Shown piece after piece: positions 54,930-64,000 of a stretch of DNA of 64,000 bases; position 1 is the stretch's first letter, and every line of letters starts with the position of its first letter. The position numbers and the translations under genes are program-made. The stretch is taken from the NCBI RefSeq assembly GCF_009914755.1, contig NC_060931.1. One strand, written 5' to 3'. The stretch comes from the human T2T-CHM13v2.0 reference genome, Homo sapiens. Under the pieces are notes generated by a model. The model was not told where the DNA came from. It saw only the letters and a program-made list of their open reading frames with translations, and ran no database searches.

Positions 54930-55110
54930 TTTTCTTGTTCACAGAATGTCTGCCTCCCTCATTAATCTGTCAGGTTTTAAAAGATCTGGGAATGAATCTG
55001 CTTTGTTTACCACTATGTCTTCAGTGTCTCACCTGGGGAAAAGTTTGTGATAGATTTTTAGGGAATAAATTAGTTTTTGTTGGATGGATGGATGGATGGA
55101 TGGATGAATA
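54930..55110 (+). mobile_element. L2 3' terminus ending in (GGAT)n
   Basis: ttgtttaccactatgtcttcagtgtct...ggatggatggatgaat. Confidence 0.6.
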
Positions 55111-55192
55111 CTCTTATACTCATCCTGTAAATATAAGTGACATAAAAATCATCACAAATAGATGTATTGCCAGGTGGTTTTTGATAATCAAC

Positions 55193-55588
55193 TGTCTCAG
55201 TCCATTTGTGTTGTTATAACAAAATACCACAGACTAGGTAATTTATAAACAATAGAAATATATTTATCATGGTTCTGGAGGATGGGAAGTCCAAAATCGA
55301 GGCACCAGCAGGATTGGTGTCTGATGGGGATTGCTCTTCTTCCAAGATGGTGCCTCATTGCTACATCCTTCAGAGGAGAAGAATGCAGTCTCCTCACATG
55401 GTGAAAAGGATGGCCTGGAGAAAGAGAGTGTTCCATGTATTCTTGAACCCTTTTATAAGGATGTTAGTCCCATTCAGGGCCCTCATGCTGTAATCACTTC
55501 CCAAAAGTCACACTTCTTAATACAGTTGCATTGGGGATTAAGTTTCAACATGAATTTTGGAGAAGCCACCATCATTCAAACCACAGCA
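55193..55588 (-). mobile_element. MSTD/MSTC-like LTR
   Basis: tgtctcagtccatttgtgttgttataacaaaatacc...cattcaaaccacagca. Confidence 0.85.
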
Positions 55589-57042
55589 AAACAGAAATCA
55601 GTCTTACCTGGAAGTATGTGGAATGGCTTTATTGAATATGGGTTCTTTCAACAGATAGAGATAAGATAAGGTCATTGAACAATATGATTCTTATCAGAGC
55701 AAACAGAGGCAAAGGTGACTGAGCATGGAGATATGTGAGAAAGTTTAACAATAGTTTGGATAAAATGTAGAAATAAAACCAGGAGGCCCCCGTCATGGAG
55801 AGTTTTTGAATGTTAAGTCAGAGATTGGGTGTTTTAGTGGGTAGATAACCAATAGGGAACACAACAAGGAGTACATAAACTACATCATATTCACATTGAA
55901 AACTGAGAGAATTGAACGGCAGCCACAATGAAGTACATGAAGAGAAGTACTAACTAAAAATAGATATTTTTCAGAGATGCTTTTACCATTTACAAATGCA
56001 GGTACATGCACTCTCTGCCTGTTATTCATTTTCCAAGAGGGCTCCAGGCAATCAACCTTTATCTTTTTTGGGACTTCAAAAGAGGACAATGTTAAAGCTG
56101 CATTAGACATACCCCAACTGTTTGTTTATGATGGCTTTTACTGTTTATATGCAAACCTAAATATGTAAATCTTAGAAAAGAATGCTAAAAGAAAGGGTAT
56201 AAGGCAAGGAAAATCTGGCAAATTTTTAAATTTTAGGTTTCAGTTAAATTAAAAAAATAGTAACATTATCTTTCAAACGTGAAAATTTCAGTTGCAAAGA
56301 ATAGTACAAATAAATCAAAGTAAATGTAGATTTAGTTGGCTCATATTAAAAGAAATACTAATCAGTAACAGTACAGCTTGATTTGTCATTGGATGAATGA
56401 TGAACTGGGGAAATTGAGGCAATCACAAATAGTCTAGCTTCAGTTTACCTCCTCATGAAGACTTCTCAGAATACTCAAACCTACAATGAATCCTCAGCAC
56501 TTTGCCTAAGGCTTGAGCCTTATAACCTACTCAATAAATATTTGCTAAATGACTTTGCCCTTACTAACTTTGCAGCCTTTTTTTTCAGTTAGTAATAAAA
56601 CTACTTTGTATTGTTATTTGATATCTTCATTTTTCATCTAGACAGTGTAAGATGAAGGCCCTCTCTCACACTTTTCTTTAATCTCATACTTCTCATTTAA
56701 TGATTAAAATTGGCAATACAATTAGCGTTACATAAATTGCATTGAATTAGATTGCTACTGTCTTCTACCCTAGAATGGAGGATTCAATTTATAGTTGACC
56801 TTTCTTCTGAAGCTTAATTGTTGTTTATTATTCAGTTTGTTCTACGGAAGTTACCACTTTCTTTTACATAGGATTTAGAGTGTATTTATAAGTTGGATTC
56901 TCTGCTTTTGGAACTTCCATTATTCACTTAAAACAGATTCATGCTTTAGAAAGATAAGGAGACAAGAGGAAGAATCCCCCTGTGTTTTATGTCCTACTTT
57001 TGTAATACCTGCTCTTCTAAGGTTGTGATTTTGTTGCTGTTG

Positions 57043-58336
57043 TTTTATTTCAGTAGTTTTTTGGGAACAGGTGGTGTTTGGTTACATGGAAAAGATATTT
57101 AGGGGTAATTTCTGACATTTATGTGCACCTATCACCTGAGCAGAGTACAGTACACCCAGTGTGTAGTTTTTTCTCTCTCATCCCCCTCCCACTCTTTCCC
57201 GATTCTCCAAAGCCCATTATAATATTCTTAAGTCTTTGCATCCTCATAGCTTAGCTCCTGTTTATAAGTGAGAATATACAATGTTTGATTTTTCTATTCC
57301 AGAATTACTTTACTTAGAATGTTGGCCTCCATCTCCATCCAGATTTCTGTGAATGCCATTATTTCATTCATTTGTATGTCTGAGTAGTATTCCATGGTGT
57401 GTGTTTGTGTATATATATATATATATATACACCACATTTTGTTTATCCACTTGTTGGTCAATGGATATTTAGTCTTCCTTATTTTTGCAATTGCAGATTG
57501 TCATTTTTTGATTTTTTTAAATTATGGCCATTCTTGCAGGAGTAAGGTGGTATATTATTGTGGTTTTGGTATGCATTTCCCTGATAATTAGTGATATTGA
57601 GCAAGTTTTCATATATTTGTTGGCCATTTGTATATCTTCTTTTGAGAATTGTGTATTCATGTCCTTAGTCCACTTTTTGATGAGATTATTTGTTTTTTTC
57701 TTGTTGATTTGAGTTCCTTGTAGGTTCTGTCAGATGCATTGTTTGTGAAGCTTTTCTCCCACTCTGTGGGTTGTCTATTTACTCTGCTGATAATTTCTTT
57801 TGCTGTGCAAAAGCTTTTTAGTTTAATTAGATCCCATTTGTTTATCTTTGTTTTTGTTGCATTTGCTTTTGGTTCTTGGTCATGATCTTTTTGCCTAAGC
57901 TATGTCTAGAAGAGTTTTTTCTGATGTTATCTTCTAGAATTTTTATCGTTTCACATCTTAAAGTCTTTGATCCATCTTGAGTTGATTTTTGTATAAAGTG
58001 AGAGATGAGGATCCAGTTTCATTTTTCTATATATGGCTTACCAATTTTTCCAGCACCATTTGTTTAATAAGGTATCCTCTCCCCACTTTATGTTTTTGTC
58101 AGCTTGGTCAAAGATCAGTTGGCTGTAAATATTTGGCTTTTTTTCTGGGTTCTCTATTCTGTTCCATTGGTGTACATCCTTGTTTTTATACCAGTACCTT
58201 GCTGTTTTGGTAACTATAGCCTTGTAGTATAGTTTGAAGTTGGGTAATGTGATGCTTCCATATTTGTTCTTTTTGCTTAGTCTTGCTTTGGCTATGTGGG
58301 GTCTTTTTTGGTTTCATATTAATTTTAGGATTGTTT
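57043..58336 (-). mobile_element. 5'-truncated L1PB with an internal deletion near 57500
   Basis: tttttgggaacaggtggtgtttggttacatgg 3'UTR; antisense ORF2 to ...ttttaggattgttt. Confidence 0.9.
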
Positions 58337-59039
58337 GACTTAGTTGTATATGCTAGATGTCAAAGCAGGAAATAGATATTTGGTGTCAGAAACATGAATC
58401 TATTTATTCTTGTGTTCTCATCCCATTTTCCCTCTCAACTCACCATGAGCCAAATACAATTATTTTCTAAGTAAACATTTTGACAAATGCATTATATATT
58501 TAGCTAGAAGAAGTTTCTGCCTTCTATGAGGTCACAGCCTAGGAAGAAAGAGATTTGATAATGACCCAGTTAATTGGCTTGATTACAAAATTTTGGCTTT
58601 TAGTTAGCAGAATTTCTATTTAACTGGTTTTTCTAACCATCTCAGGATTAACCCATCTGTTCAGTGAAGATACTTAGAGAAACCTGTATTCTAAGAGGTT
58701 ATTCAAAAGTATTCTCAGAGGTACATGTGCATATATCTTTTGCCAGTACAAGCTAGCAATCCAATGGGAAGATGTTTACCTGAAAAATAAAGAGGAAAAC
58801 TAATCCCCTCAGCAAGTGTTTATCAACTGTCTTTGCCAGGCACCACCCACCAGTGCTCTACATGTGATGTGAGCATGCCCTGAAGGAGATCATAGTCTAG
58901 TGCAGCAATTAAACAGTAAAGAAATAATTACAGTACACTATGATGAGTCCAACTAGGACACAGAGGAGGAGGGAGCATTATAGGGTGCAGAGAAACATTC
59001 CCAGAGAACTCAGAGTAGGTAAGATACATGGGTTGAAGG

Positions 59040-59319
59040 AGCCGGGCACAGTGGCTCACACCTGTAACCGCAGCACTTTGGGAGGCCAAAGTGGGTGGAT
59101 CACGAGGTCAGGAGATCGAGACCATCCTGGCTAACACAGTGAGACACCGTCTCTACTGAAAATACAAAAAATTAGCCGGGCCTAGTCTCAGCTACTCGGG
59201 AGGCTGAGGCAGGAGAATGGCGTGAACCTGAGAGGCGGAGCTTGCAGTAAGCCGAGATCACGCCCCTCCTGCACTCCAGGCTGGGCGACAGAGTGAGACT
59301 CCATCTCAAAAAAAAAAAA
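59040..59319 (+). mobile_element. AluY with an internal deletion of about 19 bp at the start of the right arm
   Basis: attagccgggc|ctagtctcagc; TSD AAGATACATGGG(T/A)TGAAGG (59021-59039 and 59320-59338). Confidence 0.95.
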
Positions 59320-59559
59320 AAGATACATGGGATGAAGGGAACAGCATGGGCAACAGAAGGTTAGGAGAAGCGCAGGTCATATGGTATGACTGGCTTGTTG
59401 AATTCATGATTAGGTTGGTTTGAGCAATTGAAAAGTGATTAATGTCAACCACTTCTCATTTTTCTTTTATTTGATAAATATTTCTTCTTACATATCTGGT
59501 CACAAACCTTTAATGAATTCCATGTAAAACAATCAATAAATTTTCTTATTCTTTCCCTC

Positions 59560-60370
59560 CTGTGACAATAGAGATGGTGTCTCTCTATCTCTTTTGGAAC
59601 CTGTCCCTTTAATAGCTTCGGAGAAACTTTAAACTATAAACTTTTCCCTGTATATTGCACTGCTAGCTTCAAACCAAATCACTGCCATCAGCCTTTAAAC
59701 ATACTTGAGTCTGTCCCATATTAATCTTGATTTCACACATGTGCCCCTACAACCTCTGCTTCTCTTTACAATAAAGACTTGTACAAGAGTTGTCTCTAGC
59801 TCCACACTGCCACTTAATCCTGGACCGCTCCAATCTGGCTTTCACCTCCATCAGTCAACCAAGACAGCCCTCCACAAAGGTCACTAATGACCGCCATGTC
59901 TCTTAATAAAATAGACTTTTCAGTCCTCTCCTTGTTTTTTTCTCTGGGATATGTTTGGCACTGTAAATCAGTTTATCTTTCTTGAAACAATTTCTTATGT
60001 TGGTTTCCATGACATCCCACTCTTGTTTTTCTCTATCTTTTTGAGTTCTGCCTGCCCCTGCTAATTTCCTTTTCTAGGCTTATTCTCCTTTACCTAGTTG
60101 GCAATTAGAAGTTCCTGAAGGCTCTGCACTAAGCACTTTCTCTTTGTTCTTTAACTTCTTCCATGGATTTGATTTCTGAGTACTCTAAAAACTCCCAAAT
60201 TTAATTCCCAGTGAAGACTTGCCTTTCAGTATATCTGGGTTTGTTTAACATGCATCTCAAATGCATTTCCCATTTCTTATATCCTGAAATCTGACCTGCG
60301 CCCCTTGTTTTCTGTGTAGGAAAATTCACAAATATCTATCTTGTGCATTAGGTCAAGAGACCATGGAAAA
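59560..60370 (+). mobile_element. L2 fragment
   Basis: ctccaatctggctttcacctccatc...aaggtcactaatgacc...ttggtttccatgaca. Confidence 0.7.
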
Positions 60371-60398
60371 CTCTTTAAATTTTTAAAACACTTTAGAA

Positions 60399-60619
60399 CC
60401 GAGTTTCTTAACCTCAGCCCTATTGACATTTTGAGCTACATAATTTCCTGCTGTGGGGGTCTCTGTGCATTGTGAGATGTTTGGTGAGCATTCCTGGCCT
60501 ATACCCACTAGATGGCATAGCACCCCCTCCAGTTGTGACAAGCAAATTGTGTCCAGACATTGCCAAATAGCTCTTGGGAGGGATAAGGAGGCCAAATCAG
60601 CCCTTACTGAGAATCGCAG
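60399..60619 (+). mobile_element. MER20 (hAT-Charlie)
   Basis: Full-length consensus-like body; perfect 8-bp TSD CTTTAGAA (60391-60398 and 60620-60627). Confidence 0.9.
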
Positions 60620-60859
60620 CTTTAGAAGGAAGATAAGAGACAAAGCTGTGTTTTTTAAAAAATAGAAATCATGCTGAAGTTTTCTACCAAGGAAATTATT
60701 AGTTCAGTTGTATGCCCAAAGTGTATGACATTAAGTATTATTTATCAATATCACTATTTCCCACATTAGCTACATGTTGTGAGTCTCATTGGTTATCTAA
60801 AATATGCTTCACAAAATTTGCCCAGCAAAGATTTGTCCAGTGAGCACCAAGAAACCCCA

Positions 60860-61275
60860 TTTGGACCTTGCTGATAGTTCCAGCATATTTCCACACAATT
60901 TCTCTCCTCTCATCCTCCTAATCTCCCAACCACAGTCACAGTGTTTTTTGAAATCATATGCTCCTCCTGTCATCCAGTGTCACCCAGTGTTCTTTCTGGA
61001 ACATCCTGCCCATTTCACTTAACCCCCCTTCATCCTGCAAACACAGCCCAGACATCACCTCCCTACAGAGGCCTTTCCTAAACCCCAAAGCCCTTTAGGT
61101 TTTCATGCACTCTTAGAGCTGTGCTGCTTTCCTTCACTGGCACTTACCTAAGTTTATGATTAAATATGCATTCGCATGGTTATTTGAATATTTATCACAC
61201 CCAATAGCCTTTAACAAGGATGTAACACATAAGCTCTAAAACACTGGTGCCTGGCAGTGACATGTATGATTCATT
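60860..61275 (+). mobile_element. L2 3' fragment
   Basis: cagacatcacctccctacagaggcctttcctaaacccc...gtgcctggca. Confidence 0.55.
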
Positions 61276-63924
61276 TCAAAACAGAAAGGTAGATAATCAG
61301 GCACAAGGACTGCTACCTGGCTCACCAGCAGCACAGGACATTTGAAATCAGCATTGCACTAAAAAATGTCCTTGTTATAGTGGCCATCCGCAGAGTGCTG
61401 AATCTTTCCCCTGTGTCGTGACGCCTCTTTTATATCATAATTTTTAAATCTTCAACCATCATCCTCTAAAATACTATTTTTTCAGAGTTGTTAAGTTCCG
61501 TGGGCGAATAATTTGCATTCATTTTAAGACAAATTTGTTTAGGCGATAAATGCATTATTATTTTTCTCTACCTCACAATATGACATGGATTTTCAATTGA
61601 AAATTCTGCCTGAAACTGATTGGAGTTGGGATAAAGTTGTAGACAATCTATAGTAGTTCATTTGGTCACAGCGTGTTTGCTTTACTTTTGGATCTTGAGA
61701 AGAAAGGACTGTTATCTGCAGGGCACTCTGGGACAACTTCTTGGTGATAAGAGTGAAGACTCATATTTGCTTTGTAAATCAATAAAAAAGAGACCTTTCA
61801 GGCAAAAGTGTTGATGACTGAGGAGGACAAGTTGTGAATTTTATATTGGAATGTAATGTTACCTATGAAATTTTCCACCTATTTTAGGATTTTCATATTT
61901 TCAGATCAATCAAAATTTGTTGTGAACAAGGTTTCTCCTCCGTGTCCTACGAACTACAAAAAAATGAGTGCCTGTGGGTGTTTTCAAACTGCCTGTGGGT
62001 AGACAGAGCTATGTTACTACCTGGAACTCTGTGAATGTCTAAAAGAAAGTCAAAATATCAAAATCGAAAAGGAACTTATTTTCTTTGATATGTCTTGTTG
62101 TATGACCTTGGTAGGAACAATGACAAAATTTTGACATGTTCAGATGTCTTAGAACAATGAAATTAGTATATATTAAAATAGCAGTGCTTTGTTGTCCTTT
62201 TAAATAATACATGCATTTTAAAGTATTCAGAAGCTTTTTCTACTTTGTATAAATACCTTATCAGTCCTCTAAAATAATCCAAGCTTAATAGGAAAAAAAA
62301 TGAAGGAGCTTTGTTGAGGCTTACTGAATGTCACAGAGCCTGCAAGGTTAGAACTGAGCATAGAAAGTGAAGAAATATGTTCTTGATGCCTATTCAACTG
62401 GGTTTCCTGTTCAAGGTTATGCACTCTATTTGCTAATAGTTGTAGTATTCTGTACCACAATTGCTGAGATTAATATCTTGAGAAAATATTGTACCATTCC
62501 AGTTAATAATTATGTTGATTTCTATTCTTCAGTTTAAAGTAGATATATGAAAATAGGACCTAGTGTGTGACCACTCAAAAACCCTATTTTCCTCACGTTT
62601 GTAGTGTATTTCTAAAGGCCTCTCCAGGATTATTTCAAAATCAAAATTGAAATATTGTCTACCAAGATATTGAATTAATTATGTATCTATTTCATTTTAC
62701 TGTTTGAACACTCCCTTCTAATTTGTATATAGAGAGATAGAATTGTCTAGCACTTTTCCGAAGGAAAAAGAAATCAAGAATAATATTTAAAGGCTCATAA
62801 TATCTTCCGTCTACATGTATTAATTGTATATGGACTTTAAACAAATACAATTAAGGATAGTCTTGTTCTGCATATAATTGATTTGCCTATGTTGATGAGA
62901 TGCTGACAACCAGGTATGAAAGCTGGTTTTGCTTATCTAAAAGAGTGGACTAAAAGTAAGTTAAGTGGTTTCTTTAGTGTTCTGTAGCTTTAGTTGTACA
63001 TGGAGCACCTGCTCCTCTTGGAAGTCACAGCACTTTAAGTAAGTTCGCCATGGTCTGCTATGCTGCGCAGACTAAGCTGTGCAGACTATGCTGCCCAGAC
63101 TCCTCTTCCTCCTCTTTAGACTGTGGCAGTAACCTAAAAGACTTGGCCTCTGTTTCAACTCTCATGCCACACATCATCTTTTGTCTTTCCTGTGGTTCAG
63201 GTATTTGTGTGTGAGGGTTGAGGTGGGGGTGCACCAAATTCATACAGATTTCCTCAGTAGCTTTATTTTCTGAATTTGAGGCAACAGGACAGTGAAAAAT
63301 GGCGATCGTTATATTGATTCATACAACACAGAGATCTGAAGGAAGCATTTTGTACAAACCCTGCTCTGGGTAACACAGGAAATGCCAAGATTTTGAAATG
63401 TAACTTTCTTGGTCTTGAAGACCAAATTGTGCTCAGAAAAGGCAGAGTCCCTATAAGTTTTGTCACAATAAATGAGTAGAGCCCACTGCAGGTTGGAAAT
63501 CTACAAATCATTGCAGGGTATTATTAAGATAATAACTGCACGAGAGCCATCACAGCAGCAGAGGTAAGGATCTCTGCCAAGATTCACCTTAGACCGGTGA
63601 TTCTGGAACTTGAGCAAGCCTAGACTCACCAGGAGGGCTTGATTGCTAGAGTAGGAGAATTTTCCCCGTCTTACATATAACCAGGTGATACTGACCACAC
63701 TTGGAGAATCACTGCCTTAGGCATTAGGATCTGAGACTATATATCCATGGATTGCAGCAAGAAGCAGACAAAAACATTTCTTCATACACAAGAATGTTTG
63801 TGACTTAGCAAGGCTGTTATTGGAGACCTGGCCATTTTAGGTAGTTTTGTATAATTTGCCTTATTCCATCCAATGTTCTAATTTCTAATGTTTATAGGCT
63901 GCAAGCCTAGACGCTACTGTTGTG

Positions 63925-64000
63925 AAACAGTTAAACACGTTGGGTGTGGTGCTGAGCTCCTTCCTAGGTTATCAAATCCAAGCTCTGCCATTTATTAATT
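63925..64000 (+). mobile_element. MIR 5' part (cut by the window end)
   Basis: caaatccaagctctgccatttatt B-box-derived motif. Confidence 0.45.

Overview
AT-rich primate (almost certainly human) genomic DNA from inside the very large neuronal gene CNTNAP2 (CASPR2), which runs on the + strand. There is one coding exon, 23870-24041 (172 bp, recognised as exon 10, the end of laminin-G domain 2); the ORF track misses it. Everything else is intron. An antisense MADE1-derived microRNA hairpin at 6275-6379 matches my recollection of MIR548F4. The rest is a dense record of transposon insertions: Alus, L1s (four with 5' inversions), L2/MIR, a full-length THE1C with target-site duplication (TSD), many solo MaLR LTRs, MER4, hAT MITEs and microsatellites. 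No prokaryote-type system and no convincingly new biological system is visible. The best leads are an old local duplication that preserves the empty site of a THE1 insertion, an L1-derived hairpin near the exon, sense-strand LTRs with DUX4 or splice motifs, and an in-frame stop at the exon's donor site. Repeat subfamily names come from remembered consensus sequences and were not computed.
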